From an uncultured Pseudomonadota bacterium (GTDB lineage Bacteria > Myxococcota_A > Polyangia > Fen-1088): DNA of 64,000 bases. The DNA is taken from assembly GCA_963847705.1 (NCBI GenBank), contig CAWKBC010000047.1, forward strand, positions 160,001 to 224,000, written 5' to 3'. Below the pieces are notes generated by a model. That model had not been told where the DNA came from. It ran no database searches and saw nothing but the letters and a program-made list of their open reading frames with translations. Position numbers and translations under genes: made by a program. Shown piece after piece: positions 1-9,813 of this stretch. How positions within the stretch are numbered: the first letter of the stretch is position 1; each line of letters begins with the position of its first letter.

Positions 1-244
1 AGCTGTTGGTGACGTCGATGGTTCCCGTGCGGGTGTAGCCCGCGGGGCCGGTGATGGTGTAGCTGACCGTGTTCAGGGTGACGTCGACACCGACCACCAG
101 GCCGATGCTGATGTTGCCGAGATTTTGTGAGGGGGGGCCCGATTCGACCGGATCGGTCGAACAGCCGGCGATCCATCCGCCGGCGGAGAGCCCGCCCGCG
201 AGGAGCGCGCTGAGCAGGGTGACTTTCGTTGTTCTCTTCGTCAT
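1..244 (-). CDS. Lipoprotein, 5' part only (runs off window start; absent from ORF track)
   Basis: Manual translation from ATG 244: MTKRTTKVTLLSALLAGGLSAGGWIAGCSTDPVESGPPSQNLGNISIGLVVGVDVTLNTVSYTITGPAGYTRTGTIDVTNS. Has an IAGC lipobox and AAAAGGA upstream. Confidence 0.75.
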   Translation of the reverse strand, partial: MTKRTTKVTLLSALLAGGLSAGGWIAGCSTDPVESGPPSQNLGNISIGLVVGVDVTLNTVSYTITGPAGYTRTGTIDVTNS

Positions 245-646
245 TGACCGTCGTCCTTTTTCCGAAAACGTCCGACAACGCTCGCGGCGCCCGCCATTCG
301 AGCGCGGGCGTCGCACTGAGCGACGGCACTCTATGAAGTGCCGCGAAGGACGAGGGCGACAGTTGGGCTGCGGTTGTGCGAGCGCGCGTCACGGCTCGAT
401 GTCGCGCGCGTGAATGCCGTCGCGAAATCGGAGGGGCCCGTTCGAAAATCGAAGGCCCGAACGCGAGATCGTTTGAAGTCCGGAGAGCGCCAGGGCCGTC
501 GGTGAGCGTCGGCGCCCGTTCGCCGGGTCAATGCGCCGTTGCCTGATCGGTTCGGCCGACTGCGGGATTCCATGATCTTGTTCTTGGGAGAGCGAGGACC
601 ACGTTCATCGGTGAGCCTCAAAACGGCAGAGAAGGAGAACGCGATC

Positions 647-1252
647 ATGAAAACCAGACTGAGCCACAAGACGTTCATGGCGGTGCCGCTGGCGCTCGCG
701 CTGGCGATTGCAGCGATGAGCTGCGCGTCGACCGAGATGACCAGCAGCTGGACCGATCCCTCCGCAAAGGGGGCGTCGCTCTCCAAGGTCGCGGTCATCT
801 GTCTGGCGAAGGACCCGGGTCTGCGGCGAATGGCCGAGAACACCGCCGCCTCCAACCTGAAGGGCGCGGACGCGGTGCCGAGCTACCAGGTGCTGGGCGA
901 CACCGACCTCAAGAACCGCGAGCTGGTGAAGGCGAAGCTGTTGTCGCTGGGGTTCCAGGGTGCGCTCATCATGCGGGTGGCCAGCGTCAACGAACAGGTC
1001 ACCGCGGTGGACGGCCCCTACGGCACCTTCGACGGCTACTACGACTGGGCCGGCGCCGCCGTGTACGCCCCGGGCTATCTGGAGACGGACACCGTCGTCC
1101 ACGTGGTCAGCAACCTCTACTCGCTGAACGATCAGAAGCTGATCTGGTCGGGCGTCAGCGAGACCTTCGATCCGGCCTCCGCGCAGTCGTTCATGAACGA
1201 CGTCTCGAAGGCGGTCGCCAAGTCGATTCAGAAGGATCACCTGGTCCTCTGA
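647..1252 (+). CDS. Hypothetical lipoprotein (DUF4136-like alpha/beta protein)
   Basis: AAGGAG SD before ATG 647; signal peptide ends AAMSC; C-terminal NLYSLNDQKLIWSGVSETFDP typical of this lipoprotein class. Confidence 0.7.
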   Translation: MKTRLSHKTFMAVPLALALAIAAMSCASTEMTSSWTDPSAKGASLSKVAVICLAKDPGLRRMAENTAASNLKGADAVPSYQVLGDTDLKNRELVKAKLLSLGFQGALIMRVASVNEQVTAVDGPYGTFDGYYDWAGAAVYAPGYLETDTVVHVVSNLYSLNDQKLIWSGVSETFDPASAQSFMNDVSKAVAKSIQKDHLVL

Positions 1253-1266
1253 GGCTCCAGCGCTCG

Positions 1267-1315
1267 ACGGGCCGGAGGGGCGAGCTCCCATCGCCACGTC
1301 CGGCCCGTTTCGTTT
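1267..1315 (+). terminator. Probable intrinsic terminator
   Basis: ACGGGCCGGA (1267-1276) / TCCGGCCCGT (1299-1308) inverted repeat followed by TTCGTTT, just after the stop at 1252. Confidence 0.55.
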
Positions 1316-1329
1316 GCAACCTTCTTGCA

Positions 1330-1361
1330 GGCCGCTCACCGGCGGCGCCGGGTGAGCGGCC
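1330..1361 (-). terminator. Stem-loop downstream of the convergent 1375-1689 gene
   Basis: Perfect 11-bp inverted repeat GGCCGCTCACC / GGTGAGCGGCC, but no clear U-tract. Confidence 0.4.
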
Positions 1362-1374
1362 AGAGGCGCGGCGG

Positions 1375-1689
1375 CTATTTCGGCTTCGCCGCGCCGGCGG
1401 CTTTGTCGGGCTTCGCGCTCCCCTTCGACTCGATGTTCTTGGCGGACATCGTGTACTCGATGGTGACCTTGTCGCCGACCTTCACGTCGCCGGGCGCTTT
1501 GGTCTCCTTGTCGCGCGCGAGCTGCCACTTCTCCTTCCCCTTCTGAACAGTGATGGTCGAGTCGGTCACCTCGAGGACCGGTCCCGTCACCTGGTAGGTC
1601 TTGGTGGCTTCCGCGCGGGCCGCGGCGGGAAGTGCCGCCGCAGTGGCCAGCGCCAGCAGTCCTCCGCCGATCAAACTCGAGAGCTTCAT
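1375..1689 (-). CDS. Small exported OB-fold-like protein
   Basis: MKLSSLIGGGLLALATAAALPAAARA signal, then TYQVTGPVLEVTDSTITVQKG...VKVGDKVTIEY; GAGGAGG SD before ATG 1689. Confidence 0.75.
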   Translation of the reverse strand: MKLSSLIGGGLLALATAAALPAAARAEATKTYQVTGPVLEVTDSTITVQKGKEKWQLARDKETKAPGDVKVGDKVTIEYTMSAKNIESKGSAKPDKAAGAAKPK

Positions 1690-1873
1690 GGGAATCCTCC
1701 TCGTGGACGGCAAGCCTGGGTCGCACGCGCGCCGCCACCAGATCAGCCTTCGCCCGATCCGTCTGGCCAACGGGCTTCGCTTGACAATCGATCGGGCCGG
1801 CTCCCCTTTGTAAGGAGAGCGGTCGTCGAACGCACTGCGAGCCCTGCTCGAGCGCCAGCGGCCGTCGGGCCTC

Positions 1874-4434
1874 ATGCGCAGCGAGCACGACCATTTCCCC
1901 TTTCTGAAGGGGGGCGGAGTATCGGGGAAGCTGGCCCGATCGCTCGACTGGTCTCGCACGCCACTGGGAGCGCCGGGTGGGTGGCCGCAGAGCCTCAAGA
2001 CCATCGTCGGCGTCGTCCTGCAGTCGCGCCACCCGATGTTCCTCTGGTGGGGCCCCGAGCTGATCCAGGTCTACAACGACGCCTATCTGCCCAGCTTTGG
2101 TGCCGACAAGCACCCGGCCGCCATGGGACAGCGAGGCCGGGACTCCTGGCAGGAGATCTGGCCGATCATCTGGCCCCAGATCGACGACGTGATGAGCCGC
2201 GGGCGGTCGAGCTGGAACCAGGACCAGCTGGTGCCGGTGTTCCGCAACGGGCGTCTCGAGGAGGTCTACTGGACCTACGGCTACTCTCCGGTCCTCGACG
2301 ACCAGGGGGGATCGGCGGTGTGCTGGTGGTCGTCAACGAGACGACCTCGCAGGTGGTCGTCGCCAGGCGGGATCGCACCATGCGTTCGCTCGCCGAGCGG
2401 ACCGCGCTGACCACCGATTCCACGGTGATGCTGAACGCCGCCATCGATGCGCTGCAGGAGGCGCGTCATGACGTTCCGTTCGCGCTCGTCTACCGCTCCG
2501 AGGGAAGATCGCGCGCGCTCCGGCTGGTCCGCGCGGCGGGGCTGGCCGAGCCAGCGACGGTGGACGCCACCGTGCGCGGACGGATGGGCGCCCTTCCGTT
2601 CGGCGAGGGAGAGCCGCGGGCCATGGTGCTCCCGTGCGACGCCGCCTGCGCGCTGCCAGGCGGGGTCTGGCCGGAGCCCGCCCCGGCGCTGTTCGTCATC
2701 CCCGTCGCCCCCTCGGGCCGGGAGAAGTCCTCCGACGTCATCGTGTTCGGGCTGAGCCCACGGTTGCCGTTCGACGACGGCTATCGCAATCACCTGACCC
2801 AGATCGCGAATCATCTGGGGTTTGCCCAGGCCCAGATCAACGCCTTTCGCATTCAGGCGGCGGCGGACAACGAGCGGAACAACCTCCTCCTGCAGGCACC
2901 GGTCGGGACCGCGCTGCTGTCGGGTCCCGAGCACGTGTTTCGACTGGCCAACCCTCGTTTCCGCCGGATGGTGCGCAGAGACGACATCGTGGGGAAGACC
3001 TACCGGCAGGCCTTCCCCCGTCCCGAGGAGAGACCGCTCGGCGAGATCCTCGAGCGGGTCTACGAGACCGGTGAGCCGTTCAGCACGGACGAATACCTGG
3101 TCCCCGCCGATCTGCAGGACGACGGCACGCGCGTCGATCGCTACTTCAGGTTCAACCTCGAGCCGCTGCGCGACGCCGAGGAGAAGGTCTACGGGATGAT
3201 GGCGGTGGCGATCGAGATCTCCGAACAGGTGCGGGCGCGGCAGGTCCTGGAGCGATCGCAGGAGGAACACCAGAAGCTCCTGGCCGACCTGGAGGCCGCC
3301 AGCCGCGCCAAGGACGAGTTCCTGGCCATGCTGGGACACGAGCTGCGCAACCCGCTGTCGCCGATCGCCACGGCGCTCCAGATGATGAAGTTGCGGGGCG
3401 ACTCGCGAACCACCCGGGAGCAGCAGGTCATCGAGCGGCAGGTCAATCACCTCACCCGCCTGGTCGACGATCTCCTGGACGTCTCCAAGATCACCCGCGG
3501 GAAGGTGGAGCTGCGCAAGGAGAAGGTCGAGATCGCCGACGTGATCGCCAAGGCGGTCGAGATGGCGAGCGATCTCTTCGAGCAGCGCAACCACGACCTC
3601 TCCGTCGACGTTCCGGAGGAGCGACTGTGGGTCTGCGGCGATCCGGTGCGGCTCGCCCAGGTGGTGGCGAACCTGCTGACCAACGCGGCCCGCTACACGG
3701 AGCGGGGCGGAAAGATCATCGTGAGCGCGCGGCGCGAAGGCGCTGAGATCGTCGTCCGGGTCGAGGACAACGGCTCGGGGATCTCGTCCGACCTGCTCCC
3801 CCGGATCTTCGATCTCTTCGTGCAGGGGCACCGGAGCTCCGATCGGGCACAGGGCGGTCTCGGTCTCGGCCTCGCGCTGGTCAAGAACCTGGTCGCGCTT
3901 CATGGCGGCAGCGTCGTGGCCCTGAGCGACGGTCCCGGGAAGGGGAGCGAGTTCGTGATCCGGTTGCCGCTGGCCGAGGCAGGGGGGGCGGCCTCGGTCC
4001 GGTCGGAGCAGGGCCGGGCGCCACCGCCCGCGAACGTTCACAGCAAGCGCATCCTCATGGTCGACGACAACAATGACGCGGCGGACTCTCTCGCCGACCT
4101 GCTCCGCGACGTCGGCCACCAGGTCGAAGTCGCTTACAGCCCCGTCGCCGCGCTGAAGGTCGTCGAATCGTTTCGACCCGAGGTCGCGGTGCTCGACATC
4201 GGGCTGCCCGTGATGGACGGCTACGAGCTCGCCGCGCGCCTCCGGGCGAACCCCGTGACCGCGAACTGTCTGCTCATCGCGCTCACCGGGTACGGACAGT
4301 CCCACGACCGGATCCGCAGCGAAGAGGGCGGTTTCCAGTACCACCTCGTCAAACCGGTGGACATCGCCCAGCTGTTCAGGATCGTGGCGGGCGATGGAAC
4401 GGCCGCCGCTGGCGCATCGCCCGACATCCATTGA
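1874..4434 (+). pseudogene. Hybrid sensor histidine kinase (PAS-like/GAF-like/PAS/HisKA/HATPase/REC) with a frameshift at the G6 run 2305-2310 (real or sequencing error)
   Basis: N-terminal DWSRTPLG..WPQSL..MFLWWG..YNDAY domain lies in ORF 1874-2410; the rest (FLAMLGHELRNPL, NLLTNAA, GLGLGL, REC LDIGLP..DG) lies in ORF 1981-4434. Adding one G joins them as DDQGGIGGVLVVVNETT. Confidence 0.85.
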
Positions 4435-4496
4435 GGGGCCGGGCGGAGGGTCGCCGGAGCGACCCGCCGCCGATCAACAACGGCTCGTTCGTCCGC

Positions 4497-4892
4497 TTAC
4501 TTGGCGGCCGTGCCCTCGCCAGCCTTCTCGCCGGCCTTCTTGGACTTGACGCCGGCCTTCTCGGCCTCGTTGCCGGATTTCTCCATCTGCTTGGCCTCGT
4601 CGCCGCGTGCCTCGCCGGCCTTCTCGATCGCCGCACCCTTCTTCTTCTTCTGCTTCCCCGCCGCCTCTTCGGTCTTGTTGCCGGACTTCTTCCCCATCGA
4701 CTCCTCGTCCTTGCCCGCTTTCTCCATCTTGGCGCCCTTGGCCTTGTCGGCGTTGGCGGCCTTCTCTTCGGCGTTCCCCTTCTTCTCCATCGAATTGCCG
4801 GCTTTTTCACCGGCGGTCTGGGCACGGGCCGGACCAGCGATGAAGGCGACAGTGAAGAGCGTGAGCGTGAGACGAAGTAGCGAACGAACCAT
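4497..4892 (-). CDS. Small exported Lys/Glu/Ala/Gly-rich hydrophilic protein
   Basis: GGAGG SD, signal peptide ending ARA-Q, then quasi-repeats (EKAG, MEKxG). Confidence 0.75.
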   Translation of the reverse strand: MVRSLLRLTLTLFTVAFIAGPARAQTAGEKAGNSMEKKGNAEEKAANADKAKGAKMEKAGKDEESMGKKSGNKTEEAAGKQKKKKGAAIEKAGEARGDEAKQMEKSGNEAEKAGVKSKKAGEKAGEGTAAK

Positions 4893-5177
4893 GCGTGAAC
4901 CTCCGGATTGGGTAAAAGAACGGGGAGAGCGACGAACGCGTGACACGTTCGACTCCCCGAATGTAAGTCGCTTCCTGATTACGGATAGGGGCGCGGACTA
5001 CACGGGAGGCCCCAGGAGGGCGTCGCCGAAAGGCGACGGTGAGCGAAGCGAACCATGCCCGAGACGTGCCGCCCGATGGGCGGCCCAGGCGGCAAGAAGC
5101 GGCGCACGGCCGCCGGTCCCAGCTTGCTTGGCCTTTGCCGCAACAGCCGACGGAGCTCGCCGAGCTGGGGGCGCCCG

Positions 5178-6074
5178 TCAGCGGCCGGCGACCCAGCGCA
5201 GCGCACCGACCAGCAGGTGCCGGAACAGCGGGTCGCAGTAGCTCTCGTCGGTGTGGCCCATCGCCGTATAGAAGGCGCGCCCGCCGCCGCCGGTCGGATG
5301 TGACCAGGTGATGGGGTGGTCGGCGCCCATCGTCCCGCCGGTGTACGTCGACTCGTCGACGGTGGCCAGCACCGTCACGTTGGGCCGCGGGTTGGTCTGA
5401 AAGTTGTACCACTCGTCGGTGCGGACCCACGGCGACGGCAGACCGACGGTGGCAGGATGATCCGCGACCTCGATGTCGACACTGGCCTGCTGGATGGCGG
5501 GGTGACTGAGGAAGTAAGCGCCCATCAGCGCGCCGTAGAACGGCCAGTCGTGCTCCGTGTCGGCCGCCGAATGGACGCCGACGTAGCCACCGCCCCCGGC
5601 AATCCAGGCCTCGAACGCGGCCTGCTGGTCGTCGTCGAGCACGTCACCCGTCGTCAGCAGAAACACCACCACCTGGAATCGCGCCAGGTTTTCGGGCGAG
5701 AACTGCGTTGGATCCTCGCTCGCCTCGGCGACGTATCCGCCGGTCGCTTGCAGGGCCATCAGCTGCGCGATGGCGGTGGGGATCGATTCGTGCCGGAACC
5801 CGGCGGTGCGGCTGAACAGCAGCACCCTGAACGGCGCGCCCGCGTCGCCGTCCGTCGCGCCGACGCCGGCGTCGGTCGTGGCGGCGGCGTCGGCGGCAGC
5901 GGCAGCATCGGCAGCATCGGCGTCGGCAGCATCGGCAGCATCGGCAGCATCGGCAGCACTGGATCGACTGGCGGCGCCGGGGCACACGAACGCGGGCGCC
6001 GGCGTTGGCGTCGTGCTGTTGCACGCTGCCAGCGCAGGCACGAGCGCGACCGCAAGCAGGCGGGACGATGCCAC
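5178..6074 (-). CDS. ThuA-like domain lipoprotein (class I glutamine amidotransferase-like fold)
   Basis: LAAC lipobox; RVLLFSRTAGFRHESIP, GGGYVGVHSAADT, DEWYNF, RAFYTAMGH motifs. Confidence 0.9.
   Translation of the reverse strand: MASSRLLAVALVPALAACNSTTPTPAPAFVCPGAASRSSAADAADAADAADADAADAAAAADAAATTDAGVGATDGDAGAPFRVLLFSRTAGFRHESIPTAIAQLMALQATGGYVAEASEDPTQFSPENLARFQVVVFLLTTGDVLDDDQQAAFEAWIAGGGGYVGVHSAADTEHDWPFYGALMGAYFLSHPAIQQASVDIEVADHPATVGLPSPWVRTDEWYNFQTNPRPNVTVLATVDESTYTGGTMGADHPITWSHPTGGGGRAFYTAMGHTDESYCDPLFRHLLVGALRWVAGR
5901..5959. repeat. 9-bp tandem repeat GGCAGCATC (5 perfect copies plus partials) encoding an AAD linker
   Basis: Copies at 5901, 5910, 5925, 5934 and 5943. Confidence 0.85.
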
Positions 6075-6080
6075 GCGGGG

Positions 6081-6086
6081 ATACTA
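6081..6086 (-). promoter_or_regulatory. Candidate -10 box (TAGTAT) of a leaderless promoter
   Basis: TAnnnT hexamer 6 nt upstream of the GTG start at 6074; no SD. Confidence 0.45.
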
Positions 6087-6280
6087 CGCCCGGCCCGCCC
6101 CGGCACGGCAGGAAGCTGCTCCGGGTGCCCAGGCGAGGGGACCGCGTTTCAAGGATTCCCGGCGATGTAACGGAACGGTCGGGATTGAGCCAGGTCGTTA
6201 CCATCCGGTCCCATTCGACCCTTAGGTCGGCGGCTTACAGGGCCGCTCACTTGGCATGATTGTCGCTGTTCGTCAGCCGC

Positions 6281-6586
6281 ATGAGTTCACTGCAGAAGAA
6301 ACCAGGGATTCCAGCCAAATCGGTCAAGAAGTCAGTCAAGAAGGCGGCCCGGAAGGTGGCCAAGGTGGCCAATGTGGCAGCGACAGCGGCCAGGCCGACT
6401 GGTTCCGCGCTGGCGATCGTCGCGCGTCGCGCTCCGCCCAGCCCCCGCGTCGTGAAGCGTGCGCGGGCGACGCTGACGGCGCTGCCGAGTCGCGCGAGAA
6501 GCTTCGTGAAGCGCAATCCCGTGCGGGTGCTTCTGGGTGCTTCGGCGCTTGGTCTGGTTCTGGCCAAGCTGAGACAGCTCGTTTGA
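6281..6586 (+). CDS. Small basic protein with a DUF883/YqjD-like C-terminal membrane anchor
   Basis: K/A-rich N-terminus (KSVKKSVKKAARKVAK) and terminal FVKRNPVRVLLGASALGLVLAKL helix. Confidence 0.6.
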   Translation: MSSLQKKPGIPAKSVKKSVKKAARKVAKVANVAATAARPTGSALAIVARRAPPSPRVVKRARATLTALPSRARSFVKRNPVRVLLGASALGLVLAKLRQLV

Positions 6587-6609
6587 GCGGCTCGGCGCAG
6601 CGAGCCCGG

Positions 6610-7425
6610 ATGCAAGAACCGTCGGCGAGATCGGCCCCGTCCGAGCACCTGGCGATTTGCGGTGCCACCGATGTTGGAGCTTCGCGCAAGAACAATCAGG
6701 ACACCTTCGTCATCGCCGATCTGCGATCGGGCGATCTGAGCAACCCCTGCGACCGGGCGGAGATCCCGCTGTCGAGACAGGGGATCTTGTTGCTGGTCTG
6801 CGATGGGATGGGCGGAGCCGCCGCCGGCGATATCGCGGCGCGAATCGCGGCCGAGGCCATCAAGCAGCAGCTGGTGGGCAGCGGTCGGGCGACGATCGAG
6901 CATCCTGACGAATCCTTGAAGAGCGCCGTCTGTGGCGCCAACGGAGCCGTCTTGGCGGAGGCCAAGGCGCACCCCGAGACCCGTGGGATGGGGACCACCT
7001 GCACCGCGGCGATCGTCCTGCCGGACCGGCTGTTCATTGCGCAGGTCGGTGATTCGCGCGCCTATCTTCTGCGCAACGGCCGGCTGCTCCTCTTGACGCG
7101 CGATCAAACGGTGGCCGAACAGCTGGTGGATTCCGGCGCGCTTCGGCCCGAGGACGTCAGCACCTTCGCTTACAGCCACGTCCTCATCCAGGCCGTGGGG
7201 ACCCGGTCGACGATTGAGCCCATCACCACGGACCTGCTCCTGCAGCGCGGCGATCGGATCTTGCTCTGCTCCGATGGACTGCACGGCCCGGTTGCCGATC
7301 CCGAGATCACCCGCATTCTGGGCGGCTCCCCGGACATCAACAGCGTCGCCCACGAGTTGATTCAGGCGGCGCTGAGGGCCGGTGGGCCGGACAACGTGAC
7401 CGTGGTCGTGGCCGACTGCGAATAG
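6610..7425 (+). CDS. PP2C/PPM family Ser/Thr protein phosphatase
   Basis: TDVGASRKNNQD, VCDGMGG, GMGTT, VGDSRAY, LLCSDGL, GGPDNVT motifs; start position uncertain. Confidence 0.93.
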   Translation: MQEPSARSAPSEHLAICGATDVGASRKNNQDTFVIADLRSGDLSNPCDRAEIPLSRQGILLLVCDGMGGAAAGDIAARIAAEAIKQQLVGSGRATIEHPDESLKSAVCGANGAVLAEAKAHPETRGMGTTCTAAIVLPDRLFIAQVGDSRAYLLRNGRLLLLTRDQTVAEQLVDSGALRPEDVSTFAYSHVLIQAVGTRSTIEPITTDLLLQRGDRILLCSDGLHGPVADPEITRILGGSPDINSVAHELIQAALRAGGPDNVTVVVADCE

Positions 7426-7524
7426 AGGACGCAAAGCCAACGCGTCCCCGCCCCCCTCGGCGAAAAGCGGCCGGACAGCCTGACGGCGAACCGCCGCACG
7501 ATTCGGCTAAGCTCCGCGCTGGTC

Positions 7525-9789
7525 GTGGCAATCCGCAGGTCCCAAAATCTGACGGTCTACTTTTGCAGCCTGGCGTGGCTGGTTCTCGGGTGTGGCGAGC
7601 AGGGAGCAGCGCCCAGGTCGACGGACGCCTCGACGACCGCCACCGACGGCGCGCCGCCCATCTGTTCGCAGATGCATCGCGACGTCAGCCGCTGGCAGGG
7701 GACGGAGATCGCGGATTGCGGACCCGACGTGAGCGGGCTCCTCGAGCTGTCACCGATCGGCAACGGCTGGCTGCTGGTGCGTCGGCGGTTCTCGCCACTC
7801 GACGACCTGTGGTCTCTCTCCCCGCAAGGCGTGCCCGGCGTCGAGCCGACCTCGGTCGATCAGGTGACGGATGCCGCCACGGCCGGCTTCACGCTGCTCC
7901 CGGGCGCACCCCCCCGGGTGTTGGTCTACGATCCCCGCCAGTCGCAGTGGAATCTCTACGTCACCGAGAGCTCGCCCATCACCGGCGCCATCCTGGCCAG
8001 CGCGGGTGAGGGGCAATGGCCCACGGGGTACTGGCCGGCCAATGAAGCTGGCCTCCCCTGGAATCGCCAGTTCATCGGCCTCGAGGATGGCAACGTCCTC
8101 GATCGCGATCTCGGTGACGGCAGCACCCGGATCTGGACGGTGGCCGCTAGCGCGGACGCCACCAGCCCCACCGCGTTGGTCCCGTCTGCCAGCCTGGTCG
8201 GCGCTCCTCAGGAGCAGTTCCGCCGCGGCCACCGGTTGGTCCACCTCGGTCCGAATCGTCTGCTCGAATGGGTGCCGCGGCCCTGCGCCAGCCGCACCGC
8301 CCCCTCGGATCCCTGCGCGGGCTCGGACTTCAACGTCTGGAGCTATTCCCTCGGTGGGGGAGCGCCGCTCAACTTTCAGATCGTTTCCTCCGGGTTTTGG
8401 CCCGACCTGGGCGACGAAAGCGACGTCGAGGCCGACGGCGAGCATCTGTTCGTCTGGACCCGCGCCACCGGCCGTCTGCGCTCGTACGCGATCGATCCGA
8501 CCCTGGCCGATCCCCTGGGCCAATCGCCGGCCGCCGATCCGCCGGCGAACGCCCAGCTCGCCAGCCAGGACTGGGCTCCGCCCACCTCGGCGCCGGCGAT
8601 CAAGCACCTGGTGGTGATCCTGCAAGACGGACGCTCGTTCGATTCGTATTTCGGACACTCCTGTCAGAGCCCGCCCGGCACGGGCACGCCGCCACCCTGT
8701 ACCAGTGGCGCGTCCTGCTGCGAGGCGATCCCGGCGTCCGTTCCCGGCGCCGCCACCTGCACCGATCCCGAGACCGAGACCAGTTACCAACCGGACAGCT
8801 CGCCGGAGTGCCTGCGGGCCAAGATCAACGGCGGCGACATGCAGGGATTTGCGGTCTCGCATCCGCCCGAGGCTTGCGGCGATCCGCGCGACTTCGCCTG
8901 CGCGGCGGCCGGCCCAGGCTCCGGCGGCGCCGCGATCTACCAGGACCTGGCCGCCGGCGGCGCGCTGGCCGACCGTTACTTCCAGACCTACGCGTTCGAG
9001 GAGAGCGTGGCGGCCGGCTCGGATCCGGAACCGGATCCTCTGATCGAGAACCTCCTCTATCTGGTGTCGTCGCGGTTCGCGTCGTATTTTCCTTCGCTCA
9101 TCGATTCGCCGCTTCTCACCAAGGAGCTGGTCCGCCTCCAGGTGGCCTGGGCGATCTACGCCGGCCCGACCGACCTCCCCCAGCTGGAGGCCTTCGGCGT
9201 GCCGATTTACTACGACCCGGACTGGTTCCCTTTCCGCTCCCTGAACGGCGGAGAGCTCGAGCACGACATCGCGGTGGGCGCCTTGCCGGCGGTCGCGGTG
9301 GTTCTGCCCGATCGCGGAGATCCGGCCCGCAGCGAGGCGCCTGGCCAGCCATTCGATCCGGGGATCGCCTACACCCAGTCGCTGGTGAAGGCCATCGCCG
9401 CCTCGCCCTACCAGAACGACACGCTGGTGCTGCTGACCCATCTGACGGCGGGCGGCTTCTACGATCACGTGCCGCCGCCGCCGCCGCCGCCGCTCTCGGT
9501 GGACGCCTCGAGTGACATGGCGGCGCTGGCGACGGCCATCCACTACGGCCCCCGCGTCCCCTTCCTGGCGCTGGGGAAATTCGCCCGCAGCGGCACCGTG
9601 TCGCACGCTCAGCTGGAGCTCTCGTCCGTCACCAAGTTCGTCGAATGGAACTGGATGCACGGGGTGGCGCTGAAGGGCATTCGCGAAGGGAACGATCTGC
9701 GCCGCTACCGAGACACCGCCGTCAACAACCTCGGCTCTCTCATCGACGGAACGGCGGCGGGGATCGACGTGCCGGCCGGCTCCGACTGA
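7525..9789 (+). CDS. Lipoprotein: N-terminal Trp-rich beta-repeat domain plus phosphoesterase (PlcH/AcpA-type) domain with degenerate active site
   Basis: VLGC lipobox; IKHLVVILQDGRSFDSYFG, ADRYF, GGFYDHVPPP, YGPRVP, SVTKFVEWNW match the phosphoesterase family scaffold. Confidence 0.8.
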   Translation: MAIRRSQNLTVYFCSLAWLVLGCGEQGAAPRSTDASTTATDGAPPICSQMHRDVSRWQGTEIADCGPDVSGLLELSPIGNGWLLVRRRFSPLDDLWSLSPQGVPGVEPTSVDQVTDAATAGFTLLPGAPPRVLVYDPRQSQWNLYVTESSPITGAILASAGEGQWPTGYWPANEAGLPWNRQFIGLEDGNVLDRDLGDGSTRIWTVAASADATSPTALVPSASLVGAPQEQFRRGHRLVHLGPNRLLEWVPRPCASRTAPSDPCAGSDFNVWSYSLGGGAPLNFQIVSSGFWPDLGDESDVEADGEHLFVWTRATGRLRSYAIDPTLADPLGQSPAADPPANAQLASQDWAPPTSAPAIKHLVVILQDGRSFDSYFGHSCQSPPGTGTPPPCTSGASCCEAIPASVPGAATCTDPETETSYQPDSSPECLRAKINGGDMQGFAVSHPPEACGDPRDFACAAAGPGSGGAAIYQDLAAGGALADRYFQTYAFEESVAAGSDPEPDPLIENLLYLVSSRFASYFPSLIDSPLLTKELVRLQVAWAIYAGPTDLPQLEAFGVPIYYDPDWFPFRSLNGGELEHDIAVGALPAVAVVLPDRGDPARSEAPGQPFDPGIAYTQSLVKAIAASPYQNDTLVLLTHLTAGGFYDHVPPPPPPPLSVDASSDMAALATAIHYGPRVPFLALGKFARSGTVSHAQLELSSVTKFVEWNWMHGVALKGIREGNDLRRYRDTAVNNLGSLIDGTAAGIDVPAGSD

Positions 9790-9813
9790 GCCGGTCCACG
9801 GCTGCCCCTCGGT

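Noticed and set aside
2281-4431. Long antisense ORFs (also 7750-9660, 24068-25549, 29718-31610, 36217-37587)
   Set aside because: Expected stop-poor antisense frames in high-GC coding DNA; no motifs.
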